A DNA stretch of 64,000 bases from the IMG/VR virus record IMGVR_UViG_3300042260_000337, one strand, 5' to 3'. The notes beneath the pieces are model-generated. The model was not told the origin of the DNA and did no database searches. It saw only the letters and a list, made by a program, of their open reading frames with translations. The stretch comes from a virus. Its lineage: Duplodnaviria; Caudoviricetes. A program made the translations under genes and the position numbers. Shown here piece after piece: positions 1-8,950 of the stretch; within the stretch, counting starts at the first letter, position 1; each line of letters opens with the position of its first letter.

Positions 1-350
1 TTATTCAATGCTTCATATTCTGATTTGAGTAGAATACTATCGGCAAATGCTAAATGTATTTTTTGTATCTTGTCATAATCGCACAGATCGTCCAATCTTT
101 TTGGAATTATGCGCAATGACTTCGGATTGTATATTTTTGATATTTTTTCTGCAATTTCATTTGCATCATCTGTTTCAATTATACCAAGTTTTCTTTTATC
201 AGTAAACCATTCGTAATATGTTTTAGCACTACAAAAATAATCAATTTCGTAATTTTCATTATCGTAATACTTTTTTATGTATTTTGAGGTATATTCTAAT
301 TTTCTTGGCTGACCGTATAAACATACTGCTATTTTTATTTTTTTATTCAT
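1..350 (-). CDS. Putative glycosyltransferase-like protein, truncated by window edge
   Basis: Not in the ORF track because it runs off the edge. Translated by hand from ATG at 350: MNKKIKIAVCLYGQPRNLEY..., open to position 1. The N-terminal KIAVxLxG motif is shared with 816..1769 and 2844..3713. Confidence 0.65.
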   Translation of the reverse strand, partial: MNKKIKIAVCLYGQPRKLEYTSKYIKKYYDNENYEIDYFCSAKTYYEWFTDKRKLGIIETDDANEIAEKISKIYNPKSLRIIPKRLDDLCDYDKIQKIHLAFADSILLKSEYEALN

Positions 351-813
351 ATAGTATTTTTACCTTTAGGTTTGCTGACAATATGTATTTCATTATGTAA
401 TGTGTAAATACTTTTGATTTGTATTCGTAATTGAAATTGGTCGAATAGTCGATGAAATACTTATATGATGATGTTAGTTTCAAAAATGTTGGATATGAGC
501 AATAAAAGTTTCTGAAATCATTAAGTCTTAGCATCGCACCCTCTTTTATGTAAATGTAGTCTTCCTCTAGTTGTATAGTTGTAAAGTCATAGTTTTTCAT
601 AAATGAATAAGAACTAGACATTGGACTGAGGGCCAAGCATCCAAACGTTTTATGTGTATTTTCAAAAAATGATTGACTATAAAATAGAAGTGCATTTTTG
701 TAATGCAAATGAAATAATCGCAATATATCTTCGACCTCAAGTTCGCACTTTGGTATTGTTATATGTGAATTACTGGGAATTTCTTCGCTTATGAATAATG
801 GATAATATGTCAT
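343..813 (-). CDS. Hypothetical protein (156 aa)
   Basis: ORF tightly packed between two glycosyltransferase-like genes; its stop overlaps the next start. No recognisable motif. Confidence 0.6.
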   Translation of the reverse strand: MTYYPLFISEEIPSNSHITIPKCELEVEDILRLFHLHYKNALLFYSQSFFENTHKTFGCLALSPMSSSYSFMKNYDFTTIQLEEDYIYIKEGAMLRLNDFRNFYCSYPTFLKLTSSYKYFIDYSTNFNYEYKSKVFTHYIMKYILSANLKVKILYE

Positions 814-815
814 TT

Positions 816-1769
816 TTATAAATTAGAATCTGCGATTGTTTTCAATAAGTTTGAATTTAATATGACTGGCTGTGCATGAGAATAAGATGGCGCAAAGTTT
901 TCCGATATAAATTTATCATACATATGATCAAAGTTGAAGTCCTTTCTCATCAAAATGAATTTGTAAAACTTCGTGGTCAATATCATGTTTAGTGATATCA
1001 AACTAACATATAAGCATTGCTCAAATGCCATTCGTCTTCCAAATAATGAAATTGTCTGGTGATTGGTAATAAACATTTGTGACAACAACTTATTCATGAC
1101 CATATCTGTTTTTTCAGATTTCTTTATCACAAACCATTGGTCGCTTATTCCATTCGGTAAAACATCATCTATGTTTGTTCTTGGAAGTTTGAAATTGTCC
1201 CAAGTGCTATATGATGGTAATAATATATCTGCGTCCATTTTATCAATGTGGGTTACGACTTCTTTAAAATCAGTGTCAAAAAATGAATCGTATCTGATTT
1301 TTAGTATATAATCAAATTTTGTATTATTGCTATTTTCGTATTCACAAACTAAATTATAGGATTTCATCCAAGCATATGGCTGAGAATAATAATTACAAAA
1401 ATCTACATATGTAGCGTAATCTTTAATGTCGTTGTTGCCAGTAAAAAGGTTGTTATATTTTGAGTTTGAAAGGAATGTATTATCGTTGATAAATTTTTTT
1501 ATTTCCTCATATATTGATTTCTGTGAAATCTCTACGGTGTTTGATGGGCATCCGAGGTCCGATACTGTAATGGTTTCTTTTTCAAACGCATCGTTATTTA
1601 AAACAAATGAGTTGGTTTTAATCTGGTCTGGTAAGTTATCATTGCTCCATACCTGATAGAAAAATGTAATATCGCAATTTTTCAAATCAGAAAGTAATGG
1701 AAACACATAGTCTTTCCATTTATCATATAGATTTCTTGTATTACCAGTAACTAAAATCGCAACTTTCAT
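816..1769 (-). CDS. Putative glycosyltransferase-like protein
   Basis: MKVAILVTG N-terminus, FDYILKIRYD motif and D-W-F motif typical of phage GT-A-like proteins. Confidence 0.6.
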   Translation of the reverse strand: MKVAILVTGNTRNLYDKWKDYVFPLLSDLKNCDITFFYQVWSNDNLPDQIKTNSFVLNNDAFEKETITVSDLGCPSNTVEISQKSIYEEIKKFINDNTFLSNSKYNNLFTGNNDIKDYATYVDFCNYYSQPYAWMKSYNLVCEYENSNNTKFDYILKIRYDSFFDTDFKEVVTHIDKMDADILLPSYSTWDNFKLPRTNIDDVLPNGISDQWFVIKKSEKTDMVMNKLLSQMFITNHQTISLFGRRMAFEQCLYVSLISLNMILTTKFYKFILMRKDFNFDHMYDKFISENFAPSYSHAQPVILNSNLLKTIADSNL

Positions 1770-1781
1770 TATTTTTCACAC

Positions 1782-1807
1782 ACATAAATATCATATCATA
1801 TTTATGT
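1782..1807. promoter_or_regulatory. Divergent pair of T4-late-like promoters (ATAAATA on each strand)
   Basis: acataaatat (1782-1791) and atatttatgt (1798-1807) form a 10-bp inverted repeat between divergent genes 816..1769 and 1820..2851. Confidence 0.6.
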
Positions 1808-1819
1808 AAGAAGGAAGCC

Positions 1820-2851
1820 ATGAGAATAATAATACCGTGCGCTGGAAAAAGCTCCAGATTTCAAAACACCAGACCAAAATATTTGCTAACGATGCCAGAT
1901 GGCCGAATGATGTTACAGCAAGCAGCCGACCCTTACATCGAAAATGGATACCATGTAACATTTGTAGTTGTTAGAGATCATTCCGAAAAGTATGAGTCTG
2001 AGTATGCGATACGAAAGGCATACGGAGACACGGTTGATGTGGTAGTGCTTGATGATTTCACATCTGGTCCAGCCGAAACCATATACCACGTAATCAAGGA
2101 TTGGAATGATACTACATTTGCCGTGAATGACTGCGATAGCTTTTTTGATTTCACTCCAATTGAAGAAAATTATGTAGTGTATGCCGATTTAAATAATTAT
2201 CCACTGGTGAATGGCATACATGCGAAAAGTTTCATAATAAAGGATGAAACCAGAATAACAGACATAATAGAAAAAAAGATATCCAGTGGATTTATTTGTA
2301 TCGGAGGATATGGATTTAAAAGTTCATCCGACTTCATAAAAAGTTATACGCAGATAAAAGACAATGCGTCAAATGAAATATTTTTGTCTCATGTAATAAA
2401 ACAGATGATGTTAAACGGTGAAAATGTGGTAGCAATTGAAGGTTCAAATTATATTGATTGTGGAACCTACGAATCATATGTTGAAAATATGAAAAATCAT
2501 ATGGCAATCTTTTGTGATATTGATGGTATTATTTTTAAAAACCAATCCAGATACTTTAAAAATAGTCATTCAAATGAGCCAACAATAAACCCATCGGCTA
2601 TTCAATTCTTAAAAGAAAGAATTGCATTGGGTGCCACTGTGATATTTACAACTGCAAGAAAAGAAGACACACGAGATGTCACCGAAACGGCAATCAGAAA
2701 AGCAGGAATTGATAATTTTCGCATCATATATGATTTGCCACACGCCCCAAGACTACTGATAAACGATGTTCATTACTCAAACCCTTGGCCAGCCGCAAGC
2801 GCAATCAATGCTCCTCGGAATGATGATGACTTTTGGAGAATGTTTAGTTAG
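1820..2851 (+). CDS. Sugar-phosphate nucleotidyltransferase fused to a C-terminal HAD-like phosphatase
   Basis: IIIPCAGKSSRF and PKYLL (NTP_transferase N-terminus); C-terminal IFCDIDGIIF (DxD HAD motif I) and FTTAR (motif II). RBS AAGGAAG. Confidence 0.8.
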   Translation: MRIIIPCAGKSSRFQNTRPKYLLTMPDGRMMLQQAADPYIENGYHVTFVVVRDHSEKYESEYAIRKAYGDTVDVVVLDDFTSGPAETIYHVIKDWNDTTFAVNDCDSFFDFTPIEENYVVYADLNNYPLVNGIHAKSFIIKDETRITDIIEKKISSGFICIGGYGFKSSSDFIKSYTQIKDNASNEIFLSHVIKQMMLNGENVVAIEGSNYIDCGTYESYVENMKNHMAIFCDIDGIIFKNQSRYFKNSHSNEPTINPSAIQFLKERIALGATVIFTTARKEDTRDVTETAIRKAGIDNFRIIYDLPHAPRLLINDVHYSNPWPAASAINAPRNDDDFWRMFS

Positions 2852-3713
2852 GGTGATACCCATTGTTAGCATGTTCTGGGCCAATCCACATGCTAAAATT
2901 TTGCAATTCTTCTTGTTGCCCATCCCTATTCATATCAGTATAGTTTTCAGTTACAATCATGTTTTTTCTTAGAACTCGTTCTTCAAAATTTACAATTGTT
3001 CGTTCAAACTGTCTGCCGACCACGAAATTGTAAAATCCCTCTTCAACCCATATCAGCTTTCTTTCCGCCCCTCCAGTGTTAATAAACAGTATTTCATGCA
3101 TATTAGTGAAATCATTCAATCCACTTGGGGTAAATCCAAACCAACGGTCATTGCTTCCAATTTTGTTATACCCACCAGCAATTATATGAAAATCTTTAGT
3201 TATGAAGTTTTTCTTTGACTGGTCAATATTCATTATTACATTTGAAATTTCTGATATGAAATCATGATGATTTACTACTAAATCATATCTCCATCTTAAA
3301 ATCAAATCGTAGTTAGACAGGTCACATGAGTTGACTATTTTTTCAACTGCATAAAATTGACCCAATGTATTTACATATGAAATATACGCTGGATAATCTA
3401 CATAATAACTATTGTCGGCAGTTTCAGAAAAATCAGAATAAATGATTGATTTTGGAGATATGCGCTTTATTACTTTTTCTTGAAGTGATATGTCTTCAGT
3501 CGGAAGATATTCGTAATAGCTGTTGAATCTTATTTCTTCATCGCCATCAAAGTTTTCTGGAAATCTACGTTCATTTGTCCATAGATGCATATAATAGTCA
3601 ATATCTATGTCATACATAGAAGATAGACGTTCAAATACGCCAAACACTGCGTCAAAGTTTTTTGGATTTGTATTACACAATCCACATAACATTATTGCTA
3701 TTTTTTTTCTCAT
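2844..3713 (-). CDS. Putative glycosyltransferase-like protein
   Basis: Start refined to MRKKIAIMLCG (ATG 3713); YDLILRWRYD motif; paralog of 816..1769. Confidence 0.6.
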   Translation of the reverse strand: MRKKIAIMLCGLCNTNPKNFDAVFGVFERLSSMYDIDIDYYMHLWTNERRFPENFDGDEEIRFNSYYEYLPTEDISLQEKVIKRISPKSIIYSDFSETADNSYYVDYPAYISYVNTLGQFYAVEKIVNSCDLSNYDLILRWRYDLVVNHHDFISEISNVIMNIDQSKKNFITKDFHIIAGGYNKIGSNDRWFGFTPSGLNDFTNMHEILFINTGGAERKLIWVEEGFYNFVVGRQFERTIVNFEERVLRKNMIVTENYTDMNRDGQQEELQNFSMWIGPEHANNGYHPN

Positions 3714-3718
3714 AAAAC

Positions 3719-3732
3719 TATTTATATAAATA
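3719..3732. promoter_or_regulatory. Palindromic bidirectional T4-late-like promoter
   Basis: tatttatataaata is a perfect 14-bp palindrome giving TATAAATA on both strands, between divergent start codons at 3713 and 3732. Confidence 0.65.
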
Positions 3733-4643
3733 TGAATATGATAGAATATGCATACATAGAAACCACAAACTACTGTAACCTTCAATGCACTTTTTGTAAC
3801 CGGCATGAAGTGATTGGTGCGTTACAGCATATGTCTATACCAAAGTTTATTGAACTGATGGAGAAGATAAAGCATCATCCAATCAATACCGCCAAGCTAA
3901 TGGGAATGGGCGAACCATTCATGCATCCAAAGTTCAACGAGATTTGTAGAATATTCAAGCAATATTTTCCAGATGCATTTTTGATTGTAGCTACTAACTG
4001 TCAATACAAAATACGTCCTTGGTTTGAAGAGTGCCTTCAACACATAGACATGCTGTATCTCAGCATTGATGGATACGAAGATAGTTATGAGACATATCGC
4101 CCGCCAAGCAAGTGGGAAAAGCTAATGCAATTCTTAGAACAAATGAAAGATATACCTCGCCATGGTTGTCGTATAGTGTGTAACTATGTTGTCAACCCAG
4201 GAAACGTGTCGGACATTCAATTAGTGCATGATAACATAGTGATTCCATATAAACTGGAGCAGCTTAGATTGAACATTGCACAAGATTGGAGTGAAGACCG
4301 TAGTATGCCTGGTGGATATACCAAAGAGCAGCTTGAATATTTGCAATCCGAATGGAAAGACTGTATACAAGGTAAGAGCGAATGGAATTATTCAGATTGC
4401 TTCTGGGTAAAAAACGGACTTTACGTCACAGTTGAAGGACGAGTTTTGGCTTGCTGTATGAACACGGCGGCAAAACAGTTTGGTAATATTTTTGAAGATA
4501 GTATAGAGAACATTCAAAACGGAGATGATTTCCAAACAGTAAAAAATGGTTGTGCGACAAACAATCCTACATCTCATTGTAAAAATTGTAGTTACAAAGA
4601 ATTGGTCCCAATGCTAAAACAAATAGGAATACACAATGCCTAA
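3732..4643 (+). CDS. Radical SAM protein with C-terminal SPASM/twitch-like domain
   Basis: CNLQCTFC (CxxxCxxC), GMGEPF; C-terminal C...ACC...CKNC. Confidence 0.9.
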   Translation: MNMIEYAYIETTNYCNLQCTFCNRHEVIGALQHMSIPKFIELMEKIKHHPINTAKLMGMGEPFMHPKFNEICRIFKQYFPDAFLIVATNCQYKIRPWFEECLQHIDMLYLSIDGYEDSYETYRPPSKWEKLMQFLEQMKDIPRHGCRIVCNYVVNPGNVSDIQLVHDNIVIPYKLEQLRLNIAQDWSEDRSMPGGYTKEQLEYLQSEWKDCIQGKSEWNYSDCFWVKNGLYVTVEGRVLACCMNTAAKQFGNIFEDSIENIQNGDDFQTVKNGCATNNPTSHCKNCSYKELVPMLKQIGIHNA

Positions 4644-5649
4644 GATGAATACTCACTTACTTTCGGTTAGTAGAACATCGCCACCGTATGCGGACCCAAA
4701 CAAAGTTCGGTTACATGCAAGTGAAAGAGACTATCCATATTCAGATGTTATATGGAACGACTTTTTATCAAGATTGAAACCGACTGACATAATGTATTAT
4801 CCAAACATTGACTGTGCATACGATGTGTTGGGACAATTTTGTGGAATGCAAAAGCACAACTTGACGTTGTTTGACGGAAGTTCAAATGGGATACGAAATA
4901 TTTTCTCTCTATTTGTTACGCCTCACTCAAAAGTCATAAGCACAAATCCTTCGTTTCCAATGTATCGGGTATACGCAGATATGTATCAAGCAGAATTTAC
5001 TGCAATTGACTACACGTATGAAGTATTTCCATTACGTGAAATGATAGATGCTATTGATGAAAACACGTCAGTGGTGATTATAAGTAATCCAAGTAGTCCT
5101 GTTGGGGATGTCATTTCATATGATGACTTGATTGCTATCTCCAACAAATGCCACGACAATAATGCATTGCTAATTGTGGATGAGGCATACATAGAATTTA
5201 GCGATGCAAAAACCATGGCGGCATATGCTACCACTCACGACCATGTTATTGTTTTGCGAACATTCAGTAAAGCATTTGGAAGTGCGGGTGCGAGAATTGG
5301 ATATGCAATTTCAACTGAAACCAATAAGAATCATCTGACACTGGTTCGCAGTATGAATGAAATATCTGGGTGCAGTGTAAAATGGATGGAAACACTATGC
5401 GACCACAAATCGGACGCAAAAAATTATATTGAGGCGGTTATAAAAAACCGAAACATTATTGAAACACAAAACATCATACGTGGTAGGTCAGTAATATGCA
5501 GTCAGACTAATTTTATTCATGTGTCCGATTTGGTGTTACCATATGATTTTGTATACCGATCATGCAAGATGCCTTGGACCGATATACAATATTCTCGCAT
5601 AAGTATTCCTGCAAATGTAAATACTGCTGATAGGCTGATTCAATACTAA
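4636..5649 (+). CDS. PLP-dependent aminotransferase class I/II (HisC-like)
   Basis: SNPSSPVG, VDEAY, RTFSKAFGSAGARIGY (PLP-binding Lys). Confidence 0.9.
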   Translation: MPKMNTHLLSVSRTSPPYADPNKVRLHASERDYPYSDVIWNDFLSRLKPTDIMYYPNIDCAYDVLGQFCGMQKHNLTLFDGSSNGIRNIFSLFVTPHSKVISTNPSFPMYRVYADMYQAEFTAIDYTYEVFPLREMIDAIDENTSVVIISNPSSPVGDVISYDDLIAISNKCHDNNALLIVDEAYIEFSDAKTMAAYATTHDHVIVLRTFSKAFGSAGARIGYAISTETNKNHLTLVRSMNEISGCSVKWMETLCDHKSDAKNYIEAVIKNRNIIETQNIIRGRSVICSQTNFIHVSDLVLPYDFVYRSCKMPWTDIQYSRISIPANVNTADRLIQY

Positions 5650-6413
5650 CGAATGAGAGAAACGTATGTAAGTTTCGTTTCGTTGAACTCTTTGTATTTC
5701 CAATCTTTGCCGAGTGATTTCACCTTAGCAGTAACACCGTAATAGCCAACTTGTTTTGTAAGTTCTTCTTTAGTTGTAAAGAAACTTACAAGGTCGCCAT
5801 CATTCGCAATAGCATTGATAGACCACCCAGAGTAGTTGTCGCCAGTAACCCTACGAACTGAAATGTTTTCAATCGCCAGTTTTAGCTTCTCACCCTCTTT
5901 GCCAAGATGCTTACTGTTGGAAATTCGTTCTTTGTATGCACGTTCCTTTTCTTGGTTCTCGCTATAGAACGGAAGATAGGCAACAATACCAAAGTCGGTT
6001 GACATTACTTCTGGTTTTGCAATAATCTTCAGAACATTCCCTTCGTAACCCTCTGCATCATTGGTGAGTGCTTTGAACATGAAATCGAGTTGCAATGAAG
6101 AAAGCAATTCAGTTGCTTCGGTCACTCGCTCTTTTACAAGAGCAGGGTAATGGACTAAAAGCATGGTCACCAGCGTATAGTTTGAAAGTTTTACCACTTC
6201 AAACGAATCATATTCATCGCCTCTGTGGTCGATCTTTCTTACATATTCTGACTTTCCGCCCTTCTTCACATATTCGTTATCGTTCAACTCTTTTGCAATA
6301 ATTGCGGCTGCAATCACATTTTCAAGCGGAGTATCACCTTGAGTGCGATAGTCTGCATCAAATACGAGACGCTTGCCCTTGTAAGAGTAAATAGAAAATT
6401 CTGAATATTCCAT
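5646..6413 (-). CDS. Hypothetical early protein, possible C-terminal OB-fold
   Basis: 255-aa ORF with RBS GGGAG and its own sigma70-like promoter; beta-rich C-terminus. Confidence 0.65.
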   Translation of the reverse strand: MEYSEFSIYSYKGKRLVFDADYRTQGDTPLENVIAAAIIAKELNDNEYVKKGGKSEYVRKIDHRGDEYDSFEVVKLSNYTLVTMLLVHYPALVKERVTEATELLSSLQLDFMFKALTNDAEGYEGNVLKIIAKPEVMSTDFGIVAYLPFYSENQEKERAYKERISNSKHLGKEGEKLKLAIENISVRRVTGDNYSGWSINAIANDGDLVSFFTTKEELTKQVGYYGVTAKVKSLGKDWKYKEFNETKLTYVSLIR

Positions 6414-6441
6414 CTCGCATCTCTCCCATGTTTGCTTACAC

Positions 6442-6468
6442 AGTATAGTGATTCGATGAATTTGTCAA
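6442..6468 (-). promoter_or_regulatory. Sigma70-like early promoter
   Basis: TTGACA (6468-6463) followed by TATACT/TACTGT upstream of 5646..6413. Confidence 0.5.
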
Positions 6469-6511
6469 GCATAAATAATGTTGGTAGTTTATAACTAAGA
6501 AGGAATTATAC

Positions 6512-7255
6512 ATGCTATACGCAAACGGATGTAGTTTCACGGCTGGAACAGGATTAGATGATGAAGAAAAGGCGTGGCCTTTTCTTCTAGGTGACTTGAT
6601 GGGAATTGATAGAGATAGAGTTCTCACCGAAGCAAACAAGGGAGTGAGCAATCAGTATATTGTTCGTTCTGCCATTACTTCGTTGAGTAATTTGCTTGAG
6701 ATTGGCGACCGTCCATTTGTTGCCATTGGTCTTACTGCGCCATCCCGTAGAGAATTTTATTACAGCAAAAATGGTGGAAAACTAATACACAACATTCCAT
6801 CTCCAGAGTTTCAACATATTGATGGATTAGATGACACATCAAATTCTGAACTACATGTGTTCAACAATCTGTATATCAAATACTTGTGGAACCCCGTATA
6901 CGATTTTCATTTGTATATGACACATGTATTGACATTACAGAATTTTCTCAAAGCAAACGACTTGGATTATATCATATTCAACAGTTTGAATCTTACTCCA
7001 AATCTTACTGAAGAAAACAAGTTTGAAGCGTTGTGCCATCAAGCCAACATGAGTGCTGTATTCAAACAGTTTGATATGAACCGAATATATGAAGACCAGA
7101 CATTTTTTACATACATGTATGACAGAGGTCTATACTTCACGGATGAAGGAACTGATGCATTTATGCATCCAAATGAACAAGCACATAAAGAATGGGCAGA
7201 TGTTCTAATGAGAGACATCACTGCTACTATGATAAAGGAAAGAATGAAGAGATGA
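6512..7255 (+). CDS. SGNH/GDSL-like hydrolase or acyltransferase
   Basis: LYANGCSFT (block I Ser), G-x-SN (block II) and HPNEQAH (catalytic His). Late-type CATAAATA at ~6470. Confidence 0.75.
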   Translation: MLYANGCSFTAGTGLDDEEKAWPFLLGDLMGIDRDRVLTEANKGVSNQYIVRSAITSLSNLLEIGDRPFVAIGLTAPSRREFYYSKNGGKLIHNIPSPEFQHIDGLDDTSNSELHVFNNLYIKYLWNPVYDFHLYMTHVLTLQNFLKANDLDYIIFNSLNLTPNLTEENKFEALCHQANMSAVFKQFDMNRIYEDQTFFTYMYDRGLYFTDEGTDAFMHPNEQAHKEWADVLMRDITATMIKERMKR

Positions 7256-7377
7256 TAGGATATATCAAAGATTTTTGGGCGATTGTAACATATCCATATA
7301 GAGATTGGAAACGCCGAAAAGAACTAAAAAAGAGAATTGAAGAACTACGCAAGCGCGATCCATTCATATACAAGTAA
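7252..7377 (+). CDS. Small basic protein (41 aa)
   Basis: MIGYIKDFW...ELRKRDPFIYK; the ATG overlaps the upstream TGA (ATGA coupling). Confidence 0.65.
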   Translation: MIGYIKDFWAIVTYPYRDWKRRKELKKRIEELRKRDPFIYK

Positions 7378-7386
7378 GGTTTTGAC

Positions 7387-8907
7387 ATGAAAGTAATGGG
7401 AATATCTGGTGCATTGAATCATGATGCGGCAGTCTCTATCGTAGAAGATAGTCAAATACTATATGCATCACACAGTGAGAGATATAGTAAAATCAAAAAC
7501 GATTGTAACCTGAATAGTGAAATTATACAGGATGCACTGTCACACGGCAAGCCAGATGTTATAGCTTGGTATGAAAACCCATATCTCAAAAAGACCAGAC
7601 AACTATGGGCTGGACAGTATGGTTATGCAACAGACATAAACGACATACCAAGACGATACATAAACCAGAATTTCCCACAGTTGAAAAACATTCCCATTGA
7701 GTATCAGTCTCATCATTACACACATGCCGCGAGTGGATATTTCACAAGCAAGTATTCCGATGCTTGCATCATCGTGCTAGACAGTATAGGCGAATGGGAA
7801 ACTTTCACCATATGGAATGGCAGCGGAACCACAATGGATAAGATATACAGTCAATCATATCCTCACTCTGTTGGGTTGTTCTATTCTGCAATGACACAAC
7901 GTCTTGGCCTAAAACCGCAGGAAGATGAATATATTCTGATGGGTATGGCGGCATATGGAGATGCATATCGTAAAGTAAATGGTGTTCCTCTTGTGTATCA
8001 GATATTCCGAGACTTTGGTATTCGGTTTCACCATGACAATAAAGTGGTTTTCTTCAAAGAGAACCTACATCGCGGATGCAAGTGGTGGATGCCAGAGTTG
8101 AATACTGAACAAGACCATTTTGATATTGCAGCGGCGACACAGCTTGTATATGAAATAATATTGCGACAGGTAGTAACCCACGCCAAGAAGTTATGCAGTA
8201 GCAAAAATCTGGTGTTGATGGGCGGATGTGCGTTGAACTGTTCAGCAAATTCGACTATCACCGAAGAATACGACAGTGTGTGGATAATGCCAAATCCAGG
8301 TGATGCTGGTTCGTGCATCGGTGCAACTCAAAAGTTTTTCAACCAGCGTATCAACTGGAGCACTCCGTATCTTGGATATGATATAAAAGGTGAATATCCT
8401 ATTGAGAATGTGCTTGATGATTTGCTAAAGGGAAATATATGCGGCATTGCATCGGGTCGTGCTGAATTTGGTCCAAGAGCATTAGGAAATAGAACGCTAA
8501 CTGCTGACCCACGTGGTGATGAAATCAAAGACAGAATGAACGAAATAAAGAAACGACAAAAGTTTCGTCCATTTGCTCCTATGATTTTAGAAGAAGATGC
8601 CAGCGACTATTTTGCATTGCCAACAAACATAGTTCAGTCTCCTTATATGCAGTATGTTGCAACATGTAAGTATCCAAAAGATTTTCCAGCTATCATACAC
8701 GCTGATGGAACATCTCGTGTTCAGACAGTCAATTCAACTCAGCATCCTCAGTTGTATGAGTTGCTGAAATCATTCAAGGACAAGACTGGATGCCCTATGT
8801 TGGTGAATACTTCTCTGAACATAAAGGGTATGCCAATCGTCAACGACGAAGAAGACGCCAAAAAATTTCAAGCGTATTATGGCATAAACGTCTTTACATC
8901 TGTGTAA
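7387..8907 (+). CDS. Carbamoyltransferase (NodU/CmcH/TobZ family)
   Basis: HDAAVS, EERYS-like SERYSKIKND, SHHYTHAAS, GGCALN, EFGPRALGNR, KRQKFRPFAP, NTSLN. Confidence 0.95.
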   Translation: MKVMGISGALNHDAAVSIVEDSQILYASHSERYSKIKNDCNLNSEIIQDALSHGKPDVIAWYENPYLKKTRQLWAGQYGYATDINDIPRRYINQNFPQLKNIPIEYQSHHYTHAASGYFTSKYSDACIIVLDSIGEWETFTIWNGSGTTMDKIYSQSYPHSVGLFYSAMTQRLGLKPQEDEYILMGMAAYGDAYRKVNGVPLVYQIFRDFGIRFHHDNKVVFFKENLHRGCKWWMPELNTEQDHFDIAAATQLVYEIILRQVVTHAKKLCSSKNLVLMGGCALNCSANSTITEEYDSVWIMPNPGDAGSCIGATQKFFNQRINWSTPYLGYDIKGEYPIENVLDDLLKGNICGIASGRAEFGPRALGNRTLTADPRGDEIKDRMNEIKKRQKFRPFAPMILEEDASDYFALPTNIVQSPYMQYVATCKYPKDFPAIIHADGTSRVQTVNSTQHPQLYELLKSFKDKTGCPMLVNTSLNIKGMPIVNDEEDAKKFQAYYGINVFTSV

Positions 8908-8950
8908 ATTTTTGATATAATATTACAGATATTAGACTATAGGAGAAACT

